64,000 nt of DNA from Armatimonadota bacterium (GCA_037444405.1 JBBIML010000011.1:1-64000), one strand, 5' to 3'. Positions 42,358 through 53,662 are shown, numbered from the stretch's first letter. Notes: generated by a model not told the origin, from the sequence alone. A program made the numbers and translations.

Positions 42358-45168
42358 TTAAAACTGGAAATTCAGGTTGGCGTCCAGTGAGCGGGCGCGG
42401 TAGCTGTACTGGCGGTACTGTGGGTCGAGGTTCAATTGCTCGCGGAAGCGATAGCTCAATACAAACGAGAGATTGCGCGCGATTCGGTACTCGTAGCCGA
42501 AGTTGAACAGCGTATCGCGCGACGCCAGATAGCCGCGCAGGTCGGTGCGCTGCCACTCGGCGAACAGGCTCTGATTCTTGCCAATCGCGTAGCTGGCGCG
42601 GAACGCCAGCCCGACAGGTTGCTGGGTGAACGCGCCGGGCGTGCTGCCGAACCCCTCACCCAGCACGCTGCGCGTGGTCATCTGATAAAAGCTCAGGTTG
42701 AAGGTCCATCGGTTCAGCGGTCCGATTTCCGCCGTGAGCGAGAGGTATTCATTATTCGAGCTGCCCGTCGCGGTGAGAAACCGCACATCCTGTCGTGACC
42801 AGTTCGCGTTCAATGAGAGCCACTCGAACGGCAGGTAGCTGATGCCCACATTGAGCGCGCGCTGTTCGCTGTTGGTCTGAAAGTCGCCGGCGGAGCGCTG
42901 GATGCTTGCCTGCACATCGACGGAGACGGTATCGAGGGGCGTCCAGCGGATGCTCAGGTCGTGCCCTTTGCCGCGCACGCCGAAGTAGGTGTAGCCGCTG
43001 TAGAAGGGTGCGCCTGACGAGAAGCCGTTGCCGTTGTAGCCGACGCCCCACGGGTTCTGGAAGCCGTTCCCGAACGGCGGCTGGAAGCCGCCCGTCTGAC
43101 GCGAGCGCCCGATAAAATCGCTGCCCAGTCGCCCCGAATCGAGGTCGCTCCAGCGGTAGCTGACCTCCAGCCGATCGGATGGTCGCCAGGAGGCGCTCAG
43201 GCTGAAATCGCGTGCCCGTGAAGCTGAGCCAGACTGATTGACATTGCTAACAGCGGCGGTGCCCTGCAGGCTCAAGCGCGGGTTGACCGTCCAGTCCACT
43301 CGTGCCCGCAGGCTCTGAATCCGATAGGTCTGCAGGGTGGGGTTGCCCTGCGTGCCCTGAAAGCGTGCGGTCGCCTCCGTGCGGTCATAACCCAGCGAGA
43401 AGTTCACGCGCTTCCATGTGCGCCCGATGCTGATGGAATCGATGGTCTGCTGATTGTGGCTGCCGGTTGAAGTGGCACGGTTGAGGGTGCGTGTGAGGCT
43501 CAGGCTAAAGCCGTTCGCGGGCGCGTGCGACAGGGTGTAGGTCTGGATATCGGTGTCGGTGAAGCTGGTGCTGAAACCGCCGCTGAGCGGGTTGAGCGAC
43601 GCGACGCGCGACTGGCTCCAGTTGAGCTGGAACTGGGTCGCACTGCCCAGCCGATAGGCGAGGCTGCTGCGGTGCCCCGTCTCGTTGCGGCGGAAGCCTG
43701 TCGATTCGATGCCGATAAACTCGGCGGGGATGCGGTAGTAGCTGCTGTTCAGGTTAAGCCGACCAAAGTTGGACTTTATTTCGCCGATATGGGCGATTCC
43801 TTCCAGCGATGTGGTGAGCGCCTGCGCCCGACTGCGAGCCACATTCCATGCGAGACTCCCCACCTTGCCCAGCGGCAGGGTGATGTCCAGCCCCACCACC
43901 TCGCGGTCGCCGCCAATCGTGGAACCCGGATCGGGCAGCGGCGTGTAGGTCACCTGCACAATCAGATTCTGCGGGATGAAGCGCGTGAAGAAGAAGCGAT
44001 AGGGCAGCACAGGGTCAAAATAGTAGTCTTCCCCTTCGCGCTGGGGCACGCCTGCCACCAGCACCGTGATGGGATGGGCGCTGTCGCGCAGGGGCGGAAA
44101 CTCAAGGTCGTAGGGCACACTGGGCGCGCCCCGCCCGTAAAACTGCTCCGTCCTTGTGCGTAATCCCAGCCCCCCGCGCACCTTCTGGCTCAGCATGCTG
44201 ATGCCCAGATTGATGCCCTGGCCCAGACTGGTTTCCAGTCGCCAGCCCTCCAGTCGGCTCGGACGCGAGTTGAAAGCGTAGGTCTCATAGGTCACCACGA
44301 TTGTGGAGGTGCGCGGGATAATCATTCCCTCGCGGAACTGTAGGATGCCCGCATAGTAGTCGATGGTGTAGTCCTCGCCGCGCCGTTTCTCGACGCCATC
44401 GACCTGCACGCGCTCGCTACCGTCCACAATCTGGCTGCCCTGCAGGTAATAGGGGCCGGGGCTGTCGTTGCCCTGGATGGTGATGGTACGCGCGGCGGCT
44501 TTGGTCTCGGAGGTGATGTAGCGCATGGAGCTGCGCCCGAACTTCGCAGTAGCGATTGCGCCTTTCAGCGTGCGGTTGAACGCCACCAGCTGATTGGAAC
44601 CGCCCAGAATCGCGTTAATATCGCCCCACTCCAGCGTGAAGTTCGGCGATTCATAGGTCCAGGTGATGCGGGAGTCGAACGGGTTGCGGAAGCGGCTGTT
44701 GCTCCAGCGCCAGTCGAAGCTGAACAGTCCGAACAGCCGATCGACGCGGATGCTGAGGTCGGTGTAGTCGGTGGTGCGTTGACCGCCCTGGCCGTAGTAG
44801 TTCTGGTCGCGGAAGGAGGCGGTGTCGCCCTCCACCTGATGCAGATGGAAGCCCATCGTTTTGCGCCCGCTGATGGTGACGCGCTCGCGCAGCTCCTGTT
44901 CAAAGGCGTCCCATGAGCGCAGGGCGTTCCGAATCGCGTCCAGCGTGTTGCGCCGTCCAGCACGGGCATGGACAGGTGGCTGATTAGGCGGGCGATTTGG
45001 GGGTGGGTTCTCTGGCGGCGCTTTCCAGCCGAAGTAGTCGGCGACCTCCTTGGGAATGGTGATGACAGGCAGCGGCACCTGCGACCAGCCTGCTGACCAG
45101 AGTCCCATCAGCAGGCTCACAAGCCCCGCGCACCCGATAGTGCTAACCCCTGTCAGATGCCGCCTCAT
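42358..45168 (-). CDS. Large outer-membrane beta-barrel protein
   Basis: Signal peptide, many alternating aromatic/polar strands, C-terminal ...LNFQF; GSERVQVDG..RGEDYTIDY..G repeat-like segments. Confidence 0.75.
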   Translation of the reverse strand: MRRHLTGVSTIGCAGLVSLLMGLWSAGWSQVPLPVITIPKEVADYFGWKAPPENPPPNRPPNQPPVHARAGRRNTLDAIRNALRSWDAFEQELRERVTISGRKTMGFHLHQVEGDTASFRDQNYYGQGGQRTTDYTDLSIRVDRLFGLFSFDWRWSNSRFRNPFDSRITWTYESPNFTLEWGDINAILGGSNQLVAFNRTLKGAIATAKFGRSSMRYITSETKAAARTITIQGNDSPGPYYLQGSQIVDGSERVQVDGVEKRRGEDYTIDYYAGILQFREGMIIPRTSTIVVTYETYAFNSRPSRLEGWRLETSLGQGINLGISMLSQKVRGGLGLRTRTEQFYGRGAPSVPYDLEFPPLRDSAHPITVLVAGVPQREGEDYYFDPVLPYRFFFTRFIPQNLIVQVTYTPLPDPGSTIGGDREVVGLDITLPLGKVGSLAWNVARSRAQALTTSLEGIAHIGEIKSNFGRLNLNSSYYRIPAEFIGIESTGFRRNETGHRSSLAYRLGSATQFQLNWSQSRVASLNPLSGGFSTSFTDTDIQTYTLSHAPANGFSLSLTRTLNRATSTGSHNQQTIDSISIGRTWKRVNFSLGYDRTEATARFQGTQGNPTLQTYRIQSLRARVDWTVNPRLSLQGTAAVSNVNQSGSASRARDFSLSASWRPSDRLEVSYRWSDLDSGRLGSDFIGRSRQTGGFQPPFGNGFQNPWGVGYNGNGFSSGAPFYSGYTYFGVRGKGHDLSIRWTPLDTVSVDVQASIQRSAGDFQTNSEQRALNVGISYLPFEWLSLNANWSRQDVRFLTATGSSNNEYLSLTAEIGPLNRWTFNLSFYQMTTRSVLGEGFGSTPGAFTQQPVGLAFRASYAIGKNQSLFAEWQRTDLRGYLASRDTLFNFGYEYRIARNLSFVLSYRFREQLNLDPQYRQYSYRARSLDANLNFQF

Positions 45169-45232
45169 CACCCTCGATTATATTTTAGACGCTCGAACCC
45201 CGCTCATGGAATGCCGTTCTGGTGGCTGGCAC

Positions 45233-45272
45233 AAAAAGAGGACCGGGTGCGAGGGGGGCAACACCCGGTCCT
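45233..45272 (-). terminator. Intrinsic terminator of groESL
   Basis: AGGACCGGGTG...CACCCGGTCCT stem followed on the minus strand by CTTTTT. Confidence 0.7.
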
Positions 45273-45297
45273 TGGGGGTGGGAGGGGAAGGAAAGGC

Positions 45298-46935
<1,638 letters not shown>

Positions 46936-47223
46936 CTATTCGCGAATAGCGAAGATTTGATCCTCATCCAGAATGAGATACTTCTTGCCGTCATATTCGA
47001 ACTCGTTGCCCGCATATTTGGAGAAGACCACGCGCTGTCCAACCTGCACGCTCATCGGGGCGCGCTCGCCGTTTTTGAGCAGTCGTCCCGGTCCGACGGC
47101 GACGACAACCCCCTCTTGCGGACGCTTTTTAGCGGTATCGGGCAGAATAATACCCGCGCTGGTCTTCTCATCTTCCTCTATCAGCTCCACCACAACCTTG
47201 TCACCAAGCGGTTTGAAAGTCAT
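46936..47223 (-). CDS. groES: Co-chaperonin GroES
   Basis: [26 protein letters not shown]. Confidence 0.98.
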   Translation of the reverse strand: MTFKPLGDKVVVELIEEDEKTSAGIILPDTAKKRPQEGVVVAVGPGRLLKNGERAPMSVQVGQRVVFSKYAGNEFEYDGKKYLILDEDQIFAIRE

Positions 47224-47371
47224 ACATCTCACCTCCTTCGAAAGTCTGGAATAAAACGCTCAGGCACGCGGCTTGCGTGTCGCCTTAATATATACCTGAT
47301 GCGGGATGGGGGTTGTCAAGGGGTGGGGAGGGTGTTCGAAAATTCGGGGCATAATATCGACCTGAGCGAAG

Positions 47372-47458
47372 CCCCCTCACCCATACCCTCTCCCTCAAAG
47401 GGGGAGAGGGGGCTTAGTTTCTCCCTCTCCCCAGCGGGGAGAGGGTCGGGGTGAGAGG
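47372..47458. repeat. Composite boxC-like palindromic repeat
   Basis: CCCCCTCACCCATACCCTCTCCC...GGGAGAGGG...CCCTCTCCCC-agc-GGGGAGAGGG-tcGGGGTGAGAGG; same layout as 3744-3836. Confidence 0.85.
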
Positions 47459-47524
47459 CATCTTTGCCTCTGGGCTGGGAATCCTACTCCCAGATTGGAA
47501 TTTTCGAACACCCTCTCCCCCCCC

Positions 47525-47554
47525 TTGACTTTTCTGTCATCGATGTGGTATAAT
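47525..47554 (+). promoter_or_regulatory. Sigma70-type promoter of the nos operon
   Basis: TTGACT-18 nt-TATAAT with a TGn extended -10, 65 nt before the nosZ ATG. Confidence 0.7.
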
Positions 47555-47619
47555 AAACGGTGTCATTAGGCTGAGCAGGTCTAATGACCTCATAAATGCG
47601 GTCAACGGGAGGAGATACA

Positions 47620-49602
47620 ATGAAAAGCTGGCTGAAGTACCTGACTGGAGCTGTGGTGTTGATTGTGGTGATCGCGATTGTGCTGGTAGTGCGCAATATG
47701 CGCCAGACGGCTCTACCAGCTGGTTTACCTGCAGACGCGCTGTCAGTTGCACGCGAGCGCGGTCTGACCCCCGACGATGTGTATGCTGCGCTGGCGACCT
47801 ATGTGCCAGGCGGCAAACCCGACGAGTATGTGATGTTCGCCTCGGCTGGACACGGCGGACAGGTGATCGCCATCGGCATCCCCTCGATGCGCATTCTGAA
47901 GGTGATCGCCGTGTTCGCTCCGGAACCGTGGCAGGGCTATGGCTATGGTGTGAAGGAGAACCCGCTCCATGAGCTGTACGGGCGTGGTCCCTATCCCGCT
48001 GCGGACACGCATCACCCCGCCTTGAGTGAGACCAACGGCGAATATGATGGGCAGTTCCTGTTCATCGGTGATAAGGCGAACGGGCGCGTTGCCGTGATCG
48101 ACCTGCGCGACTGGGAGACCAAGCAGATTGTGAAGAACCCCGTGTTCGAGAACAACCACGGCGCGGCGTTCGTCACGCCCAACACCGAGTATGTGGTGGA
48201 GGTCTCGCAATACGGCTTACCGCTGGGCAACAAATACGCGCCGATCGAGCGCTACAAGGAGGAGTATCGCGGGCTGATTACTTTCTGGAAGTTCGACCGC
48301 AAGAAGGGGCGGATTATCCCGGAGCAGTCGTTCGGCATCGAGGTGCCGCCTTACTGGCAGGACCTTGCCGATTGCGGTAAGGCTGCCAGCGACGGCTGGG
48401 TGTTCGTGAACTCCTTCAACACCGAGCTGGCGACAGGCGGCATCGAGAAGGGTCGGCCGCCCTTCGAAGCGGGCGTTTCCCAGAACGACATGGACTACCT
48501 CCATATCATCAACTGGAAGCAGGCGGAGAAACTGGTTCAGCAGGGCAAGTTCGTCACCATTAATGGCTTCAAGGTGCTGCCGCTGAAGGAGGCGGTCGCG
48601 GGTGGCGTGCTTTACTTTACTCCTGAGCCGAAAAGCCCGCACGGCGTCGATGTGTGCCCCTGCGGGAAGCATATCGTGGTCGGCGGCAAGTTAGACCCGC
48701 ATGTCACCATCTACAACATCGAGAAGATTAAGCAGGCGATTGCCCGCAAGGACTACGAGAAGATCGACCCGTACGGTGTGCCCGTGCTGCGATTCGACGC
48801 CACCAAAGAGGCGCAGGTGGAGGTGGGGCTGGGACCGCTGCACACCCAGTTCGACGACAAGGGCTACGCCTACACCAGCCTGTTCCTGGACACGGCGGTC
48901 GCCCGCTGGACGCTGGGCGATTGCAAATACAAAGCGCCGGAAGAGCCGTGGAAGCTGGTGGGCAAGATTCAGACCCACTACAACATCGGGCACCTCGCCG
49001 TAACGGAGGGCGACACGGTCAACCCGCAGGGCAAGTACCTCGTCGCGCTCAACAAGTGGTCGGTGGACCGCTTTGCGAACGCTGGTCCGCTGCTGCCGCA
49101 GAACCTGCAGCTGATTGATGTTAGCAACACGGGCGAGACTATGCGCCTGCTGTACGATATGCCTGTGGGCATCGGTGAGCCGCACTATGCCCAGATTATC
49201 CGCGCCGACCGCCTGAAGAGCTGGGAGGTCTACCCCGAAGTCGGCTGGGACGCGCACCAGCAGGCGAAAAGCCCGCATGCCGCGACCAAAGGGCGCGTCG
49301 AGGTGCGCGGCAATACCGTCACGATTTACCAGACGCAGATCCGCAGCCACTTCGAGCCGGAGCATATCAAGGTGAAGAAGGGTCAGCGGGTCATCTGGCA
49401 TCTTACCAACCTGGAGCGCACGCGCGACGCCACTCACGGCTTCACCCTGCCCGGCTACGGGATCAGCGCGAGCATCGAACCCGGTGAGACCGTCACGATT
49501 GAGTTCGTGGCGGATAAGGAAGGGGTCTACTCCTTCTACTGCACGGAGTTCTGCTCCGCGCTGCACCTGGAGATGATGGGCTATCTGCTGGTGGAGCCGT
49601 GA
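47620..49602 (+). CDS. nosZ: Nitrous oxide reductase, clade II (Sec-type, no twin-arginine signal)
   Basis: CuZ His motifs DTHHP, NHG, PKSPHG, GPLH, IGH, EPH; CuA motif HGF...CTEFCSALHLEM; hydrophobic N-terminus without RR. Confidence 0.97.
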   Translation: MKSWLKYLTGAVVLIVVIAIVLVVRNMRQTALPAGLPADALSVARERGLTPDDVYAALATYVPGGKPDEYVMFASAGHGGQVIAIGIPSMRILKVIAVFAPEPWQGYGYGVKENPLHELYGRGPYPAADTHHPALSETNGEYDGQFLFIGDKANGRVAVIDLRDWETKQIVKNPVFENNHGAAFVTPNTEYVVEVSQYGLPLGNKYAPIERYKEEYRGLITFWKFDRKKGRIIPEQSFGIEVPPYWQDLADCGKAASDGWVFVNSFNTELATGGIEKGRPPFEAGVSQNDMDYLHIINWKQAEKLVQQGKFVTINGFKVLPLKEAVAGGVLYFTPEPKSPHGVDVCPCGKHIVVGGKLDPHVTIYNIEKIKQAIARKDYEKIDPYGVPVLRFDATKEAQVEVGLGPLHTQFDDKGYAYTSLFLDTAVARWTLGDCKYKAPEEPWKLVGKIQTHYNIGHLAVTEGDTVNPQGKYLVALNKWSVDRFANAGPLLPQNLQLIDVSNTGETMRLLYDMPVGIGEPHYAQIIRADRLKSWEVYPEVGWDAHQQAKSPHAATKGRVEVRGNTVTIYQTQIRSHFEPEHIKVKKGQRVIWHLTNLERTRDATHGFTLPGYGISASIEPGETVTIEFVADKEGVYSFYCTEFCSALHLEMMGYLLVEP

Positions 49603-49671
49603 GACCTCTCCACTGGGGGCAGGGGACGCCCCCCTGCCCCACTTTTTGGACGCACGCCCAAAAGCAAGATC

Positions 49672-49782
49672 GGGCATCCTGCCCAAGATGGAATAAAGTA
49701 GCCCGGGCATCCTGCCCGGGATGAGGCAAAGTGGCTTGAGCATTCTGCTCAAGGGATTTCACAGGCAAGATGCCTGTGCTAC
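49672..49782. repeat. Cluster of four GTAG-type REP palindromes
   Basis: GGGCATCCTGCCC (49672), GTAGCCCGGGCATCCTGCCCGGG (49698), GTGGCTTGAGCATTCTGCTCAAG (49731), inverted CACAGGCAAGATGCCTGTGCTAC (49760). Confidence 0.85.
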
Positions 49783-49812
49783 GACGAAAGAGTCTGGTGA
49801 GGAGGAATAACT

Positions 49813-52800
49813 ATGGCAACAACTGGTCACTGTCCAAGAGAGGTTCGAAACAAAGTGATGCTGGGCGTCGCGGCGTTGCTGGTGTTCATCTCCATCTGGC
49901 TGCCCTACTGGCAGATGCACATCGTCGCGCCGCAGTACCCGAAAGGGTTGAATGTGATTGTCTATGTAACGGGCGCAGGCGGCGATGTGCGCGAGGTGGA
50001 TGGACTGAACCACTATATCGGCATGCGTCCACTGGGCGAGGCGGCGCCTTTTGAACGCAAAATCTCGGTGCCCGGTTTGAGCGCGATTGCGCTTGCGCTG
50101 CTTTTCATCATGCTCATTCCGCGCGCCCCACGCTGGTTCCAGATTCTGCTGGCGTTGCCCGTGTGGGCGGTTCCGTTCGTGTTCGCAGGCGACCTCTACT
50201 ACTGGTTGCGTGAATACGGCTTGAATCTGGACCCTAAAGCGCCGCTGAGCGCGATGATCAAGCCCTTTATCCCGCCGCTGGTCGGACCAGGCAAGGTGGG
50301 ACAGTTCCATGTGATTGCGTGGTTCCATATCGGCTACTTTGTGGTGATCGCAGCGGGCGTGCTGACGCTGATTGCCATCCGGCAGCGGTTCCGGTGTGAG
50401 CAGTTGCGGCAGGCGGTGCCAGCGATAGCGAAAGCTGCTGCCGCGCTCCTGCTGATGGTCGTTCTGCCGAACGGCTGGGCGCACGAATGGGTCATCAGCC
50501 CACAAAGCGACCAGAGCCTGCAGGCGGTCATCCAGCAGGCGCGGGCAGGCGACACCATTCGGGTGATTGGCGGCGAATATCGGGGCAACTTCATCGTTGA
50601 CAAGACGCTCACTCTGGTGGGCGAGCGCTCCCCCGTCCTCGACGGCGAGCGGCGGGGGAGCGTCATTCACCTCAAAGCGCCCCGATGCGTCCTCAAGGGC
50701 TTCATCATTCGCAACAGCGGTATCACGCTCAGCACCCAGGATAGCGGCGTGCGGGTCTCCGCACCCAATTGTATCGTGGAAAACAATCGCATCGAGCAGG
50801 TGCTGTTCGGCGTCCATCTGGAGCATGCCGACCGAACAGTTATTCGCAATAACGAAATCTATTCGCATGACCTGCCCATCGCTCGACGCGGCGACCAGAT
50901 TCGAATCTGGTACAGCCACCACACCCTTGTGGAGGGCAATCAGGTGGTGGGCGGGCGCGATCTGGTCTTCTGGTATTCGGAGGGGCTGACCATCCGCAAC
51001 AATCGCGTGCGCAACAGCCGCTACGGTATCCACTTCATGTATTGTAACGATAGCCATGTGGAGAGCAACCTGCTGGAGAACAACTCGGTGGGCATCTACA
51101 TTATGTATAGCGAGGGGGTGCAGGTGCGCGGGAATCAGATTCTGAACTCGCGCGGACCGAGCGGTATGGGGCTGGGCATTAAAGACGGCTACCGCCTGCT
51201 GATTGAAAAGAATCTGGTTGCGCACAATCGCACGGGGTTATTTATTGACAGCGGGGAAGGGGTCTATCGAGAGAACTGGTTTCTGCGCAACGATGTGGGC
51301 ATCCATCTGGTGTTGGCGGTGAAGCCGAACCGTTTTGAGGCGAATCGGATGGTGGAGAATATCGAGATGGTGCGGATGGATCGCCCCGATTCGGTGGCGG
51401 GCGTGCGCTGGGAGGGCAACTTCTGGAGCGATTACACGGGCTATGACGCGAATGGCGATGGCGTCGGCGATGTGCCCTATCGGGCGGTGAGGGTTTTCGA
51501 TCAGATTGCGGCGCAGAATGCGGCGTTGCGCCTGCTGGCGTACAGCCCATCGGCACAGGCGCTCGATTTCGGGGCGCGGCTGTTCCCGCTCTTTGCGCCA
51601 CAACCGCTGGTGGCAGATGCGCGTCCGCTGGTGCGGGCGGGCGAGCCGCCACGCCCGATGAGTCCAGCCCAGACACCCTCGCGAGCGAAGGGGCTGCTGT
51701 TCATGGCAGGGCTGCTCGCGCTCGGTCTGTTGAGCCTGCGGACGCCGGGCACCTCGCGAGCGGGAAAGTACCGCCCCATCACGAATGGAAAGCCATCCCG
51801 GAAGTCGCTCATGAGCCGTTCAGCGAAGCCCGCAATGGTGATTCGAGTGGAGCATCTGACCCGGCGATTTGGCAGGCTGGTGGCGGTGGATGATCTCACC
51901 TTCGGCGTGCGCGCGGGCGAGACGGTCGCGCTCTGGGGCGCGAATGGCGCGGGCAAGACCACCATCCTGCGCTGCCTGCTCGGACTGCTGCGCTTTGAGG
52001 GGTCGGCATCGGTGCTGGGCTATTCGGTCAAACAGCAGGGCACCGCTGTCCGTCAGCGTGTCGGCTATGTGCCCCAGCTTGTTCACCTGCATCCCGATAT
52101 GAGCGTGCAGGAGACCGCCCAATTTTATGCGCAGTTGCGCGGCGTTTCAGCGGAGCGTGCCGATGCCCTCCTACGGGAGTGGGGCTTGAGCGAGCATGCT
52201 GACAAACCCGTGAGCGCGCTCTCTGGCGGCATGAAGCAGAAGCTTGCGCTGGTACTGGCGCTGCTGTCCGACCCGCCTGTGCTGCTGCTGGATGAGCCGA
52301 CCGCCCATCTGGACACCGCCGCCCGCGCCGAATGGCTCCAGCTGCTGCAACGGCTCAAAGCGCAGGGCAAAACGCTGCTGTTCTGCACGCACCAGTTCAA
52401 CGAGGTGCGCACGCTTGCCGATCGGGTGGTGGTGCTGGAGCGCGGGCGCAAGGTGGCGGAGCTGACAGGTGCGCAGTTCGTCGCGCTCTGGCAACGGCAT
52501 GGCAGCCTGCGATTGTCTGTGCCCCAGGAGCAGGTGCAGGTCGCCATCGGGATTCTCAAGCAAGCAGGCTACGATGCGCAAGCCGTCGACGGTGTCCTGC
52601 TGATTCGCCATCTGGAGGCGAAGCAGGTGGAACCGCTCAGCCGACTGCTGCAGGGAGGCATCGAGGTGCTGGATTACGAGTGGCGTCCGCCCAGCGAGCC
52701 GCCCGACTGGAGCCAGATTCCCGAATCGGTACGCTTCGCGGCTCTGACCTCCTCACTTGACGATACACACCCCAACCCCCAGCATAAAGGAGAGAAACCC

Positions 52801-53634
52801 CCCTTGCGGCGTGTGGTGGGGTTAATCGCAGGCAAAGAGATACGCGACGCCCGCCGCAACCGCTGGCTGGTGCTGCTGATGGGCGTCTTTATTCTGCTGT
52901 CGCTGCTGTTGACCCTGTTCGGGCTGACGGGCGCAGGCGCGGGCAGCATGGCGGGCTTCGGGCGCACCTTCGCCAGTCTGCTCAACTTATCGCTGTTGAT
53001 TGTGCCGCTGATGGGACTGCTGATGGGCGCGCTGAGCATCGCTTCCGAACGCGATCAGCGCACGCTGGACACCCTGCTGGCTCAACCGCTCACCCCCGCG
53101 TCGATTCTTGCGGGCAAGCTGCTCGGCGCCATGCTCGCCCTCAGCGCCGCTGTCCTGATCGGCTTCGGCAGCAGCGGGTTGCTCATCTACATGGCGGGTG
53201 CGAATCTGCCCCTGACGCCCTTCCTGACCCAGCTCCTGCTCACCATCCTGCTGGGATGGGGCTGCCTGTCGCTGGGCACGCTCGTGTCGGTGCTGGTGAA
53301 GCGGGGTGCAACGGCGGTCGGTATCGCCCTCCTGCTTTGGCTGATGCTGGTGTTCGTCAGCGATCTGGGGCTGATCGGCACAGCCATCGCGCTCCAGCTG
53401 AGGGCGTCCACCCTGCTCTGGCTGACCCTGCTCAACCCGCTGCAGGTGTTCAAGCTTGCCGTGATCCAGGTGATGGAGGGCAATCTGGAGGTGCTGGGTT
53501 CGGCAGGGCTGTACGCGCGCGAGGTGATGGGTGATGCGATTTTACCCATCCTGTCGGGTATCCTTCTGATGTGGGTCGCGGTTCCGTTACTGCTCGCGCT
53601 GCTCTGGTTCGTGCGCCGGGGAGCAGTCGAATGA
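49813..53634 (+). CDS. Fused NosB-NosD-NosF-NosY N2O reductase maturation protein
   Basis: APQYP..GL and LNHYIGM (NosB); RYGIHFMY and GNFWSDY.GYD..GDG.GD (NosD); GANGAGKTT, LSGGM, LLLDEPT (NosF); KEIRDARRNRW and multi-TM region (NosY); no stop codon in 1273 codons. Confidence 0.9.
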   Translation: MATTGHCPREVRNKVMLGVAALLVFISIWLPYWQMHIVAPQYPKGLNVIVYVTGAGGDVREVDGLNHYIGMRPLGEAAPFERKISVPGLSAIALALLFIMLIPRAPRWFQILLALPVWAVPFVFAGDLYYWLREYGLNLDPKAPLSAMIKPFIPPLVGPGKVGQFHVIAWFHIGYFVVIAAGVLTLIAIRQRFRCEQLRQAVPAIAKAAAALLLMVVLPNGWAHEWVISPQSDQSLQAVIQQARAGDTIRVIGGEYRGNFIVDKTLTLVGERSPVLDGERRGSVIHLKAPRCVLKGFIIRNSGITLSTQDSGVRVSAPNCIVENNRIEQVLFGVHLEHADRTVIRNNEIYSHDLPIARRGDQIRIWYSHHTLVEGNQVVGGRDLVFWYSEGLTIRNNRVRNSRYGIHFMYCNDSHVESNLLENNSVGIYIMYSEGVQVRGNQILNSRGPSGMGLGIKDGYRLLIEKNLVAHNRTGLFIDSGEGVYRENWFLRNDVGIHLVLAVKPNRFEANRMVENIEMVRMDRPDSVAGVRWEGNFWSDYTGYDANGDGVGDVPYRAVRVFDQIAAQNAALRLLAYSPSAQALDFGARLFPLFAPQPLVADARPLVRAGEPPRPMSPAQTPSRAKGLLFMAGLLALGLLSLRTPGTSRAGKYRPITNGKPSRKSLMSRSAKPAMVIRVEHLTRRFGRLVAVDDLTFGVRAGETVALWGANGAGKTTILRCLLGLLRFEGSASVLGYSVKQQGTAVRQRVGYVPQLVHLHPDMSVQETAQFYAQLRGVSAERADALLREWGLSEHADKPVSALSGGMKQKLALVLALLSDPPVLLLDEPTAHLDTAARAEWLQLLQRLKAQGKTLLFCTHQFNEVRTLADRVVVLERGRKVAELTGAQFVALWQRHGSLRLSVPQEQVQVAIGILKQAGYDAQAVDGVLLIRHLEAKQVEPLSRLLQGGIEVLDYEWRPPSEPPDWSQIPESVRFAALTSSLDDTHPNPQHKGEKPPLRRVVGLIAGKEIRDARRNRWLVLLMGVFILLSLLLTLFGLTGAGAGSMAGFGRTFASLLNLSLLIVPLMGLLMGALSIASERDQRTLDTLLAQPLTPASILAGKLLGAMLALSAAVLIGFGSSGLLIYMAGANLPLTPFLTQLLLTILLGWGCLSLGTLVSVLVKRGATAVGIALLLWLMLVFVSDLGLIGTAIALQLRASTLLWLTLLNPLQVFKLAVIQVMEGNLEVLGSAGLYAREVMGDAILPILSGILLMWVAVPLLLALLWFVRRGAVE

Positions 53635-53639
53635 GCATA

Positions 53640-53662
53640 GTGGATTGGGCATCCTGCCCATA
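53640..53662. repeat. Single REP palindrome of the same family as 49672-49782
   Basis: GTGGATTGGGCATCCTGCCCATA. Confidence 0.7.

Noticed and set aside
47224..47340. CIRCE operator or clear promoter upstream of groES
   Set aside because: No TTAGCACTC-N9-GAGTGCTAA; the minus-strand TTGACA at 47314-47319 is 19-21 nt from the nearest -10-like hexamers, so no promoter was called.
49672..49782. Possible mini CRISPR array
   Set aside because: Units differ in sequence, one is inverted, spacers are only about 6-13 nt, and there are no cas genes; it fits REP elements.
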